Shown piece by piece: positions 1 to 9,940 of a stretch of 64,000 nucleotides of DNA (positions are counted from its first letter, which is position 1; every line of letters starts with the position of its first letter). The notes beneath the pieces were generated by a model. That model saw nothing but the letters and a program-made list of their open reading frames with translations. It was not told where the DNA came from and did not search any database. Both the position numbers and the translations under genes were made by a program. Source of the DNA: Flavobacteriales bacterium (GTDB lineage: Bacteria; Bacteroidota; Bacteroidia; Flavobacteriales_C; GCA-002722245); contig PBLA01000003.1 of the NCBI GenBank assembly GCA_002722245.1, positions 99,109 to 163,108 of the forward strand, given 5' to 3'.

Positions 1-1145
1 CCTGCATTCTTTGGATCATCCCATAAGTTTTTTTCACTGTTATACTCAGAATACCAAATATCCCATCCTCCAAGAGACTTCTCTTCTCGATTACTCACAA
101 AGTATAAAACCGATATTTCTTCCTCACCATCCCCTAGTGATCCTAGGGTGGGTTGTGTAGAATGAAATCCTTTGAGATTAATTTTATCGTTGAGCTTAAT
201 AGGCTCACTCCAAAAATCTCCTTCTTCTCGACTGGCATAATATAGATGAAAGGTAAGCTCTCCATTAATATTTCGTAATCCTCTTGAAAAATAAAACTGT
301 GAGCTGTCCCTATTAAAACATCCATTTCCATTCTCGGTATCCTTCAGGTTAAACCAACCTTCAGCATACTCACCTTGAGATACCCATGTAGAATCATTGC
401 GTTTTTTAGCCGTATAAAACTTTCTTCTTGGTATAAGTGATAGACTATCGTCTTGATTTACATATATGTTTGTGTCCGATCGCAACGAAGAATATAACAA
501 AATAGAATCGTTTAATGGAACTGGAGACAACTCTACCTGAACTTTATTCACAGAGGTGTCAGGATGAAAGATTTTCACCTTCAATTGCTCTTTGATAATT
601 TCTGGAGCAGCTTCGCATGAGGCAATGTAAAGATCAACCTCTTTTTTATCAATTTTGGTAGAACTCAGCACCTCCTTAAATTGTGTGAAATGTTCTAACG
701 CTTTATCATATTTACCATTAATCAATTCCATCTGAGCAAGATAAAACTGTGCCTCTGGATACTTCTTGGGCTTGGCTTGAAAAACCAAAAAGTAGTTTAA
801 TTCCGCATTCACATAATCACGAGAAAGCCGATAAGCCTCAGCTAACTTGTACTGATACTTAACATAAAGCGAAGCTATTCGGGCTGGCATAATTTCATCT
901 TCACCACTATATAAGGAGTCGCTGTTTCTTAAAAACTTATTGTAATAGGCTGCTGCTCCATATATATCACCTAATTTATAGCTCTTATCACCTGTTTTTC
1001 GCACAGTCCTGTGACGATTGCTATTAAACTTAACACTATCAACTTCAGCAATTGACTCTTCATCATTGGTTTGACCAAATAAGCAAAACCCACTAAAAAA
1101 AGCCGCTAGAAACACTATTTTCTTAATATCTATCACAAGGAACAT
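1..1145 (-). CDS. OmpA-family-like protein, N-terminal part (signal peptide, TPR region, start of a TolB/PD40-like region); C-terminus lies beyond the window start
   Basis: Minus-strand ATG at 1143-1145 gives MFLVIDIKKIVFLAAFFSGFCLFGQ... (signal peptide). TPR-like helices follow (YYNKFL, AEAYRLSRDYVNAELNYF, AQFYLAQMELINGKYDKALEHF). The frame stays open to position 1. Position directly downstream of a PorP/SprF gene matches the usual TPR-TolB-OmpA partner. Confidence 0.5.
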   Translation of the reverse strand, partial: MFLVIDIKKIVFLAAFFSGFCLFGQTNDEESIAEVDSVKFNSNRHRTVRKTGDKSYKLGDIYGAAAYYNKFLRNSDSLYSGEDEIMPARIASLYVKYQYKLAEAYRLSRDYVNAELNYFLVFQAKPKKYPEAQFYLAQMELINGKYDKALEHFTQFKEVLSSTKIDKKEVDLYIASCEAAPEIIKEQLKVKIFHPDTSVNKVQVELSPVPLNDSILLYSSLRSDTNIYVNQDDSLSLIPRRKFYTAKKRNDSTWVSQGEYAEGWFNLKDTENGNGCFNRDSSQFYFSRGLRNINGELTFHLYYASREEGDFWSEPIKLNDKINLKGFHSTQPTLGSLGDGEEEISVLYFVSNREEKSLGGWDIWYSEYNSEKNLWDDPKNA

Positions 1146-2139
1146 TGTAAATCTTTGGTTCGGTGCTTTGTGGAATATAAATGACTGACAATTCAAAAGC
1201 GCCTCTATAATGCGTGAGCGAAGATAAACTAGAGACATTAACGTCATAGCTCAATCCAACCTGCCATTCTTCTCTACGCGCACCCATGATCAGATTAAGC
1301 GCATCATAATTTCTATTAAATCCTGCTCTCATATTTGCTCCTCCAAACACTTCATTCACTTTTGCTTTTTTCTCTTTAATTTTCATAAAGAGTAGCGCAC
1401 CTACTACAACTTCTTGTGCATTGTTTTGATGCATCCATAAAACATTGGGTGAGAAGGAATATTTTTCGTTAATCGTGTAATTCAACTTGGCGTTGTACAC
1501 TTGTCGCAATGAAAAACTTGCAGAATCATTTAAAAAACTTTCCTCTGGGGTATTTAAATGAAAAAAAGCTGCACCCAGTTCAGGAAAAAATTTATCATTA
1601 ACTTTTCTAGCCCATCCCACGCCAATATTCACATCCATTGAATAATCATTAAATTTTGTGAAACTTTCCATATTGGAAAGCCCTCCCTGACCGTTAAATT
1701 CTCCAATCGAGTTATCCCATTGATTAGGATACGAAAATTCATTCGGATCCAAGCCCTTATGCAACATTCCTGCCTGAACACCTATACTGTAATAGTTTTT
1801 CTTCACCTGTTTTTTGCTCCCTAACGAAAACATCAATTTATTTTGCATTAAGTTCCCGATTGACGATCGATCATTATTAAATTGAAGACCTGCACTGAGC
1901 GATTTACCATAGATCGAAAAGTTCTGATCGTAGCTCATTCCAAATGTTTTGTACTGCTTTTCCATGACAGCCCCCCACTGGGAACGATAATTTCCCACCA
2001 CGCGATAATCACCTTCATAAGCCCCTGTTTCCCCAGGGTTCAAGTTTAAAGGAGAAAACATCCATTGACTAAAATGAATATCTTGAGCTTTAGCAACCGA
2101 AGAAATCACTAAAAATACAATGACTAGTCTTTTTACCAT
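1123..2139 (-). CDS. PorP/SprF-family type IX secretion membrane protein
   Basis: Signal peptide then the family-typical N-terminus AQDIHFSQWMFSPLNLNPGETG. Beta-barrel-like composition and ~340 aa length fit. Overlaps the upstream gene by 7 nt (ATGGTAA). Confidence 0.8.
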   Translation of the reverse strand: MVKRLVIVFLVISSVAKAQDIHFSQWMFSPLNLNPGETGAYEGDYRVVGNYRSQWGAVMEKQYKTFGMSYDQNFSIYGKSLSAGLQFNNDRSSIGNLMQNKLMFSLGSKKQVKKNYYSIGVQAGMLHKGLDPNEFSYPNQWDNSIGEFNGQGGLSNMESFTKFNDYSMDVNIGVGWARKVNDKFFPELGAAFFHLNTPEESFLNDSASFSLRQVYNAKLNYTINEKYSFSPNVLWMHQNNAQEVVVGALLFMKIKEKKAKVNEVFGGANMRAGFNRNYDALNLIMGARREEWQVGLSYDVNVSSLSSLTHYRGAFELSVIYIPQSTEPKIYNVPCDRY

Positions 2140-2960
2140 AAATACTTTCTTCCTGTTTTCATGATGTACAACATCCGATTAAACTGTTCTCTTGTAAAGC
2201 GCATTTCACATCCACTTTCAGGATATTTACTCATTAAATTACAGATAGGCACTTCATAGGTTAGACCTGTCTCGGTTTGCTGAGATTGTTGATTCATCAC
2301 AATCTGACAATTTTCTATGTTCCCATTCGATCCACTCGGTTCGTCTGCAGGGGTGTCGCAAATTAAATCTCCAGCGGTAGCACAATTGGATCCATCCACT
2401 AATTCGATACCATTGGCAATTGTTTCATACGTTGGAAATAATCCAAAATACGATCCCAACACATGAGATAATGTACGCGCGCTAAAGCACCCCTTTGCTA
2501 AGAACAAGGCATCCCTTAAGTTTGTGTCCGGCAAAGCAGAAGAGTCTCCTCGAATAGCATAACCACAATAGCCTGGCTCTGGACTTCGATCAACCACAGA
2601 TGTTGCGATATATAAATTAATGACATTCTTTTTTCTGTAAAGCGCAGCTATTTCCTCATCGTGAATTCCGCGTACTAGAATATCCTGACGATGATTAGGA
2701 AGCTCCGTATATTGACAAAGCTTAAAATCTACGCAAATGTCCGAAAAGTCCTCACTTACTTCACTCAACGCATCTTCAACAATCTCTTGTGTAATTGGCA
2801 ATGCTAAATCCATCGTGTCAGTTAATACCCAAGCCACTACGCTAAACGTTTTTTTATAACATTGATTTGAAGAACCAAAATCAGAATTATACTGAGCAAA
2901 ACTCACACTACACCATAAAATGGCGATTGCGAATAAATGAATAGGGTTTTTTCTGGCCAT
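2133..2960 (-). CDS. M43 (pappalysin/ulilysin-like) metallopeptidase homologue with apparently degenerate zinc site (pseudo-peptidase candidate)
   Basis: Signal peptide MARKNPIHLFAIAILWCSVSFAQ. Segment RTLSHVLGSYFGLFPTY aligns to the M43 consensus RTLTHEVGHWLGLYHTF, and the downstream AGDLICDTPADE matches the M43 GDxVxDTPA motif. Confidence 0.55.
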   Translation of the reverse strand: MARKNPIHLFAIAILWCSVSFAQYNSDFGSSNQCYKKTFSVVAWVLTDTMDLALPITQEIVEDALSEVSEDFSDICVDFKLCQYTELPNHRQDILVRGIHDEEIAALYRKKNVINLYIATSVVDRSPEPGYCGYAIRGDSSALPDTNLRDALFLAKGCFSARTLSHVLGSYFGLFPTYETIANGIELVDGSNCATAGDLICDTPADEPSGSNGNIENCQIVMNQQSQQTETGLTYEVPICNLMSKYPESGCEMRFTREQFNRMLYIMKTGRKYLW

Positions 2961-3063
2961 AACTTTAAGGAAGTCAAATATAGAATTTAAATTATAATTT
3001 TTAACTAAATCTTAACGAGTTGCCTAAAAATGTTACATTTGTTCAAGCCAAAAATATTTTATT

Positions 3064-6000
3064 TTGAAAAAAATATTACTTATCCTCTTAACATATACTG
3101 CCGGTTGCTTAATGGTCAATGCACAAATTACGGCAGACAAGGTGTCGGGTTGTGCCCCCCTCACTGGTGTTCAATTTAGTAGTCCTGTCGCGGGTTCATG
3201 GGATTTTGGTGATGGAGGAACAGGGACAGGAACCAACCCCCAAGCCAGTTTTAGTTCACCAGGAATTTATAACGTGGTTTTTACACCTGATGGTGGAGGA
3301 GCGCAAGAAAATTTAGAAATCTCCGTATTTGGCAAACCAAGTGCGGCATTCACATTAAACGAAACAACAGGATGTCCAAATTTTTCGGCTACGTTTACAG
3401 ATGCATCCACACCGTATGAAGGTTCAACCATTACTGACTGGACATGGGATTTTGGTGACGGATCTATTGGAAACGGACAAAATCCAAGCCATACCTACAC
3501 AGCCACAGGAGCTTATTCTGTTACACTTACCATAACCGACGACAACACCTGCGATACCGCTATAGTGGCAGTAGATGTTATTGAACTAAAATCACCCCCT
3601 ACCGCATCTTTTACTGCTTCGCCCACAACCTCGTGTACCGCACCATTAAATGTGGCAATAACCAATAATTCTACCAATGGATCTGGAGGAACGGATAATC
3701 TATCCTACACATGGGATTTTGGAGATGGTGGTTTTTCGTCATCCGCAAACCCAGGGTCCCGCACCTATAACTCAGAAGGAGTTTATGCGCTTAAACTGAC
3801 TGTTAGTGAAGATGGGGGTTGTGATCGAGAACTTTCCCGAAGTATATCCATCGGAAATCCTGAGGCAATAATTGATGTTCCCGACACCATCTGTTTTGGG
3901 GTTCAAACCAAATTTCAACACAGTTCAACTGGTGGAAGTAGTTTTAGATGGAATTTTGATGATGGTGGAACCACCACAAATCCAAGTCCAAATTACAGTT
4001 TCTCTACTCCTGGAAATCATACTGTAGAGTTAATTGCAAGTGCAAGTGGATGTTCCGACACTACTGAAAAATCATTGTTTGTTCAACAAATCACCCCAAC
4101 TATTTCAGCGGAACCAACCTATCAATGTGGCAAACCTTACTGCGTTCAGTTTACAGGAGGCGGAGAAAACATCACCTCATGGAACTACAGTTTCAATCAG
4201 GGAGGCTCTTCAAATGAACAAAACCCATTGCACTGCTATAGCTATTTTAGTGATGACCCTTATGCCGTTAATTACGAAAATGCAAGTTTTCCTAACACCA
4301 CTTCACTCAGAGGGATTTCGGTTCATGGATGTTATGGAGACGTTTCAATTACAGACACTATTCACCCTTTAAAACCAAACTTTGCACCCAACATTACACA
4401 AGGTTGTGTGCCACTTGAAGTTGTTTTTTCAGATTCCACCAATACAGGTTCACCAATTGTGTCTTATCAATATGATTTTGGAGACGGAAGCGTTTCCAGT
4501 GATGAAAATCCTACGCATACATTTACAACTCCAGGAGAGTATATCGTAACGTTGGATGTTGAAAACGCAAACGGGTGTGCCGATACCTCCTTTCCGATAA
4601 CAATATATGTTGGAGATACCGTAAATATTGATTTAACAGTATCCCCAACTGAAGTTTGTATTGGAGACACTGTCACCATTACGGATGCAACCGGAAATCC
4701 GAATATTGATCGTTATCACTTCTCAACCGATGAAAACAGAGGCTCAGAGGCATGTCCGAGCGATTCAATACAGCAATGGTCTTTCTTTCATACAACTGGA
4801 TTACACGATGTTACATTTTTTGCCGATTACAATGGTTGTATTTCTGAAAAGGTTTTCTCCGATGCGATAACTGTAAAAGGACCTTCCTCCGAATTTAATT
4901 GGTCGGGGAATTGTGAAAATCCAACAAATATCACTTTTACAGCGACCACAAGTGAAATAGACAGTTTATACTGGTATTTTGGAGATGATGTGGATAGTGT
5001 ATTGTTTTCCGATAATTTAAACGACACAGTCGCAATTCATAATTATGATACTACGGGCAATTACACAGTAACTCTTATCACTACTAACTCAACATCAGGC
5101 TGTCCTAATGATACCTCATCAAAAATTGTAAATGTGCGGATGTTGGAAGCTATAATTGACGCTCCTACAATTGTTTGTACGGGTCCATTCATTCCCTCTG
5201 GTGCGAATTCAAAAGATGTTTATGGTTTCTGTGATAATGCCTATCGGTGGGATTTTGGTGATGGCTCGCCTATTTACCTTTCAAACAATCCTACCTTCCC
5301 AAATGTTTTCTCTGACACAGGGTCCTACACAGTACGCTTAATGGTTTATGACATCAATGGCTGTAGAGATACAACAGAACATCAATTTAGTGTTACCGAT
5401 CTTTATGCAGGTTTTGATCAAGACACCACAACAGGTTGTATTCCTTTAACCATCAACTTTGAAGATACCTCATGGAGTTCATCAAAAATCATTAATTGGG
5501 AATGGCAATTTGGAAATGATAGTGTTGATTCATCAGGAGCTATTGTTTCCAACACCTATGAAAACTATGACCTAAGCCAATACAATGTGCTTTTAATTGT
5601 GCAAGACTCTTTGGGGTGTATAGATACTGCCACAGGAACGATCAACCCAATTATTCCAGATTCCACATTTAGTGTTAACGATCGAACCATTTGTGAAGGA
5701 GACGAAGTAACGTTCACCTTAAACAATCCCAATTCGATACAATCAGCCGACTGGACTTTTGATAATCAGGGTACAGCAGATAGCTTAACGCCAAGATTCA
5801 TATTTGCTAATGAAGGTAATTACGCGATCACGGTGGAAGTAACTGACACCAATGGTTGTGTGGCACAAAATACCGTTTCTAGCTATGTTTTAGTGGATGC
5901 CTATCCGGATGCGTTTTTAACAATTGATAAAAATATAGGGGAAGAATATTGTGCGCCACAAACCTTTCGATTTACAGATTCTACCGAATTTAATAGCATT

Positions 6001-7458
6001 ACTACTTATGGTTCGCGAACTTGGAATCTAGATAACGGCAACAGCAGCATTGTAAATAAAAACCCTGTTGGAGGAACATACTCAACTCCTGGTATTTATA
6101 ACCCTCAATTAATTGTGCAGTCCAGCAATGGCTGTAGAGACACATCAAGTATTTCTATTACAATCATTGGTCCTGAGGGGGATTTTGATATGGATAAAAG
6201 TATTGTTTGTTTGGGGGATTCTGTGGAATTTACCATAAAAGATACTGTAAACATCAGTTCCTTTACCTGGGATTTCAATGATGGTCGAACAGTTGCATCA
6301 ACCTCTCCAGTAAGTCATGCGTTTACCACATTTCCAAGTGGAGCAGTGCAAACCATCTCATTGGATTTAATAGGTCAAAAAAGCGGATGTCCGATTAGCG
6401 TAGAAAAAACGTTAAACATCCATCAAGTTCATGCTGACTTTTCATTTGCAGATTCTACGGTATGTTTAAATACGGATGTTGAATTCACAAGCTTATCCGC
6501 CTCCACAACAAATACCACTTTTTATTGGGATTTTGGCAATGGTACTAATTTTTCAGCCGAGGACCCTGCACCACAATCCTACTCCAATATGGACCCAGGA
6601 ACGTATGTGGTTACATTAATTGTTGAAGACGCCAACATAGGGTGTAAAGATACCATTAGTAAAAATCTTGAAATATTAGCTTTACCTTCTGTGGAATCAA
6701 ATGACACCGTGGTTTGCGATGGTGAAAGTACCGTAATTTACGCTTCAGGAGCGGATTCTTATTCCTGGGATAATTCAGTGTTGTTGGAATCCCCTGACAG
6801 CGCGGTTACTGTTGTAAATATTACCGAAGACACTTCGTTCACGGTTACGGGAACACAACCTGTAATTACTGTTGATACGAGTTTTTGTTCAAACACCTCT
6901 ACAAGCATGGTATCAATTGTGCGAGAAATTGATGCTGAAGATGTGAAAGTCAATTGTGTCATCATTGGACAATCCCTTTCTTTTGGTCCAGATTCTCTTC
7001 CTGGTGGGTACACTTACGACTGGAGTAAAGGACCAACTGATTATTTAAAATGTTTAGATTGTGCAAGGCAAAACTTAATTATTAATGATGGCGTGGATTC
7101 TCTTGTATATAAAGTAGAGGTTTCTGATCCCTCAAATTGTTTCCCAAAAATCAGCAGTTATCAAATTTGTGTCCGAGAAAACTACACGTTGGATGTTCCA
7201 TCCGCTTTTACTCCTAATGGGACTGAGCCCAATGATGTGGTATTCATTAACGGGCATGGAATTGATCGTTTAGTCTTTTTCCGAATTTACAACAGATGGG
7301 GTGAAATGGTTTTTGAAACACAAGACATTAATGTTGGTTGGGATGGAACATACAAAGGCGATGCGCAAGATATGGAAACCTATATTTACCAAGCACGAGC
7401 AATCATGTTAGACGGCAATACGCTCGAAACAGGTGGAGAAATTGTACTAATCCGTTAA
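3064..7458 (+). CDS. Large cell-surface protein with about a dozen PKD-like repeats and a T9SS type-B (gliding-motility-associated) C-terminal sorting domain
   Basis: Signal peptide MKKILLILLTYTAGCLMVNAQ with a TTG start. Repeated W(D/N)FGDG / WDFNDG PKD signatures throughout. C-terminus SAFTPNGTEPNDVVFING...IYNRWGEMVF...GWDGTYKG...GGEIVLIR matches the type-B CTD. Confidence 0.8.
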   Translation: MKKILLILLTYTAGCLMVNAQITADKVSGCAPLTGVQFSSPVAGSWDFGDGGTGTGTNPQASFSSPGIYNVVFTPDGGGAQENLEISVFGKPSAAFTLNETTGCPNFSATFTDASTPYEGSTITDWTWDFGDGSIGNGQNPSHTYTATGAYSVTLTITDDNTCDTAIVAVDVIELKSPPTASFTASPTTSCTAPLNVAITNNSTNGSGGTDNLSYTWDFGDGGFSSSANPGSRTYNSEGVYALKLTVSEDGGCDRELSRSISIGNPEAIIDVPDTICFGVQTKFQHSSTGGSSFRWNFDDGGTTTNPSPNYSFSTPGNHTVELIASASGCSDTTEKSLFVQQITPTISAEPTYQCGKPYCVQFTGGGENITSWNYSFNQGGSSNEQNPLHCYSYFSDDPYAVNYENASFPNTTSLRGISVHGCYGDVSITDTIHPLKPNFAPNITQGCVPLEVVFSDSTNTGSPIVSYQYDFGDGSVSSDENPTHTFTTPGEYIVTLDVENANGCADTSFPITIYVGDTVNIDLTVSPTEVCIGDTVTITDATGNPNIDRYHFSTDENRGSEACPSDSIQQWSFFHTTGLHDVTFFADYNGCISEKVFSDAITVKGPSSEFNWSGNCENPTNITFTATTSEIDSLYWYFGDDVDSVLFSDNLNDTVAIHNYDTTGNYTVTLITTNSTSGCPNDTSSKIVNVRMLEAIIDAPTIVCTGPFIPSGANSKDVYGFCDNAYRWDFGDGSPIYLSNNPTFPNVFSDTGSYTVRLMVYDINGCRDTTEHQFSVTDLYAGFDQDTTTGCIPLTINFEDTSWSSSKIINWEWQFGNDSVDSSGAIVSNTYENYDLSQYNVLLIVQDSLGCIDTATGTINPIIPDSTFSVNDRTICEGDEVTFTLNNPNSIQSADWTFDNQGTADSLTPRFIFANEGNYAITVEVTDTNGCVAQNTVSSYVLVDAYPDAFLTIDKNIGEEYCAPQTFRFTDSTEFNSITTYGSRTWNLDNGNSSIVNKNPVGGTYSTPGIYNPQLIVQSSNGCRDTSSISITIIGPEGDFDMDKSIVCLGDSVEFTIKDTVNISSFTWDFNDGRTVASTSPVSHAFTTFPSGAVQTISLDLIGQKSGCPISVEKTLNIHQVHADFSFADSTVCLNTDVEFTSLSASTTNTTFYWDFGNGTNFSAEDPAPQSYSNMDPGTYVVTLIVEDANIGCKDTISKNLEILALPSVESNDTVVCDGESTVIYASGADSYSWDNSVLLESPDSAVTVVNITEDTSFTVTGTQPVITVDTSFCSNTSTSMVSIVREIDAEDVKVNCVIIGQSLSFGPDSLPGGYTYDWSKGPTDYLKCLDCARQNLIINDGVDSLVYKVEVSDPSNCFPKISSYQICVRENYTLDVPSAFTPNGTEPNDVVFINGHGIDRLVFFRIYNRWGEMVFETQDINVGWDGTYKGDAQDMETYIYQARAIMLDGNTLETGGEIVLIR

Positions 7459-7501
7459 AAGTACCCTTGAAAATTCTTTTTATTTAACTCAAAACTATAC
7501 T

Positions 7502-7924
7502 ATGAAACCAATTCAATTTTTTTCATCCCTTTTGTGCACAGTAAGTTTACTTTCGGCATGTGATCCCGCTGAAAACATTACTGAATGTGATATCGATGGC
7601 GTAATTTGCACAGAAGAATTCAGAACTGTAGAAATGTCATTAACGCAATCTTCCGGTGAGCCTGCTACTTTAGATAGCGTTGTGGTTACTAAGGATGGAG
7701 AAACTCTTTTTACGGCTAGTACAGACACCGTTACCACGGGTGTATTTCCTGTTATAACAGATGCTGAAATGAATGATATAATTAAAGAAGGATCACAAGT
7801 TGTGTTCAAGGGGTATGAATCAGGCGCTGTGATAGTAAATGAAAATTACAAGGTAGGTCATGACTGCTGCCATGTGGTTTTTATTCAAGGAACACAAGAC
7901 GTCGTACTTACATCAGAGAATTAA
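7502..7924 (+). CDS. Small hypothetical lipoprotein
   Basis: Signal peptide with lipobox LLSAC|D; 140 aa; no recognisable domain. Its 3' end overlaps the convergent SDR gene by ~17 nt. Confidence 0.4.
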   Translation: MKPIQFFSSLLCTVSLLSACDPAENITECDIDGVICTEEFRTVEMSLTQSSGEPATLDSVVVTKDGETLFTASTDTVTTGVFPVITDAEMNDIIKEGSQVVFKGYESGAVIVNENYKVGHDCCHVVFIQGTQDVVLTSEN

Positions 7925-8924
7925 TCATATCTTCTATTGTTGATACAATGGGAGTATATTCTATGCCCATTTCTTTTTTACTTTTCTCGTTGCTAAAGGC
8001 AATGGGATAACCCACGTTTCGTCGAATAAATTTTCGAGTAACCCCAAAAACGGGACCTATCGCTATCATTATCCATTTTGGTGTTTCTGATCGAGGAAAT
8101 TTGAACCGAGCGCCAAATAACCGAGCAGCAATTTTTGTAAGCTGAAACATACTTAACGTTTCATTTACTAGAATATGCCTCCCTTGAAGCGTATTATTCT
8201 CTGCGGCCAACAGATGGGCTCTGGCGACGTCTCGAACATCAACACAACCGAAATTAAGTGAAGGCACTCCAAAGGCGAACTTACCCCTTAAAATATCATT
8301 CATTAATGTAATTGATTCCGATTGAGAATGTTTATGAATAACAGGGCCCCAAACAAGTCCTGGATTAATCACTACCATACTCCACCTCTTTTGTTCCTTA
8401 TTGATCTTCCAGGCCGATTGCTCAGCACATACTTTTGAAAAGGAATAGGGTTGATGCATCAAGGAACTTGTTGAGTTGTAATACTGTTCATCAAATTGTT
8501 CCAACCCTTGATCACGCATATCGGCGTTATCACCATAAATAGCAGCCACACTGCTTGTGAGGACAACTCGTTTAACAGAGTCTGTCTTGTTCACCGATTG
8601 AAGAACATTGTTTGTTCCGTTTAATGCAGGATCTAACAAGTCTCTTTTAGGATCCTTTACTTTAATGGAAAAAGGGGAAGCAATATGGAATACAACTTCA
8701 CACCCTTTCATGGGCTGATCATATGACCCTTCTTGAAGTAAATCAGCCTCCCAAACGGTAAGATTCCCATTGGAACGTTGTGCAATTTCTTTAAGCGCTG
8801 CATGCTTTTTACTGTTGTTGGGGTTTCGACCTGCTAATTGAACATCATAACCTGCCTCCAATAAAAACCTTGTCACCCAACTACCCACATATCCCGTTCC
8901 ACCTGTTACTAAAACCTTTTTCAT
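7908..8924 (-). CDS. NAD-dependent epimerase/dehydratase (extended SDR, cinnamoyl-CoA/dihydroflavonol-reductase-like)
   Basis: N-terminal Rossmann motif VLVTGGTGYVGSWV and catalytic YxxxK (YSFSK). Confidence 0.75.
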   Translation of the reverse strand: MKKVLVTGGTGYVGSWVTRFLLEAGYDVQLAGRNPNNSKKHAALKEIAQRSNGNLTVWEADLLQEGSYDQPMKGCEVVFHIASPFSIKVKDPKRDLLDPALNGTNNVLQSVNKTDSVKRVVLTSSVAAIYGDNADMRDQGLEQFDEQYYNSTSSLMHQPYSFSKVCAEQSAWKINKEQKRWSMVVINPGLVWGPVIHKHSQSESITLMNDILRGKFAFGVPSLNFGCVDVRDVARAHLLAAENNTLQGRHILVNETLSMFQLTKIAARLFGARFKFPRSETPKWIMIAIGPVFGVTRKFIRRNVGYPIAFSNEKSKKEMGIEYTPIVSTIEDMINSLM

Positions 8925-9028
8925 TTAAATTTGTTAATACCCTTCAAGGTAGCAACCTAGTAGGTTTTTTAAAAGTATAATGTGATAAATGGCAATTAAA
9001 AGTGTCCAATTACAAATAACGTTTTTAT

Positions 9029-9895
9029 GTGATGCTGAATAATACGTTAATAAATCATTTGTCTGATCAAATAAGTCAGACCATCACGAGTCACAATCCT
9101 TTACAAGGAGGTGACATTAATGATGTGTATTTAATTAAAACAACTGAAGATCAATTTATTTTAAAGGTTAACTCGGCGAAACAGTTTCCGGGAATGTTTG
9201 AAGCGGAAGAAAAAGGCCTTACCGAATTAAGTATACACTCATCAATGGCTGTAGCAAAATCAACAAAAGTCGGCGCTTTAGATGACCACGCTTATTTGAT
9301 GTTAAATTATATCAACAAAGGGCAATCAACACTTGAATTTTGGGAAACTTTTGGACACCAATTAAATCGTCTCCATCAAGCCACACAATCAAAATTTGGC
9401 TACACCTCTAAAAATTATATTGGCAGCTTACCTCAATACAATTCTAATTGCGATACCTGGGCCGAATTTTATACTACTCAACGATTGGAGCCTCAACTCA
9501 AATTGCTCGTTCAAAAAGGCCATTTAAAAGGAAGCATATCAAAATTTGAGAAATTATATAATAAATTGGAAAAATGGTTTCCTGTTGAACCCCCAGCACT
9601 TTTACATGGCGATTTATGGAGTGGAAACTTTATTATTGGAGAAAATAATAAACCATGGTTAATTGACCCTGCGGTTTATTATGGACATCGAGAAATGGAC
9701 ATTGGAATGACCTTGTTATTTGGAGGATTTAACGAACGATTTTATGAAGCATATAATTTTAACTATCCGCTTGAATCAGACTGGTCCTCACGAGTTCCTC
9801 TTACTCAACTTTATCCGTTAATGGTCCATGCGAATTTATTTGAAGGTGGAGGCTATCTAAAATCAGTAGAATCAATTCTCAACAATTTTGTTTAA
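9029..9895 (+). CDS. Fructosamine/ketosamine kinase family protein
   Basis: Kinase-like fold with the family motif LLHGDLWSGNF and DPAVYYGHREMD; ~290 aa. Confidence 0.75.
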   Translation: MMLNNTLINHLSDQISQTITSHNPLQGGDINDVYLIKTTEDQFILKVNSAKQFPGMFEAEEKGLTELSIHSSMAVAKSTKVGALDDHAYLMLNYINKGQSTLEFWETFGHQLNRLHQATQSKFGYTSKNYIGSLPQYNSNCDTWAEFYTTQRLEPQLKLLVQKGHLKGSISKFEKLYNKLEKWFPVEPPALLHGDLWSGNFIIGENNKPWLIDPAVYYGHREMDIGMTLLFGGFNERFYEAYNFNYPLESDWSSRVPLTQLYPLMVHANLFEGGGYLKSVESILNNFV

Positions 9896-9940
9896 GCATT
9901 TCATTTATTAGGTTGGAGGAGAGTTTCTTATTTTAGTAAC

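Noticed and set aside
3119-7013. Multiple 60-110-aa ORFs on both strands inside the 1464-aa PKD gene (e.g. 3119-3316, 4034-4372, 4467-4679, 6759-7013)
   Set aside because: They are fully embedded in a long, repeat-rich, well-supported CDS and have no signal or motif. They are typical shadow ORFs.
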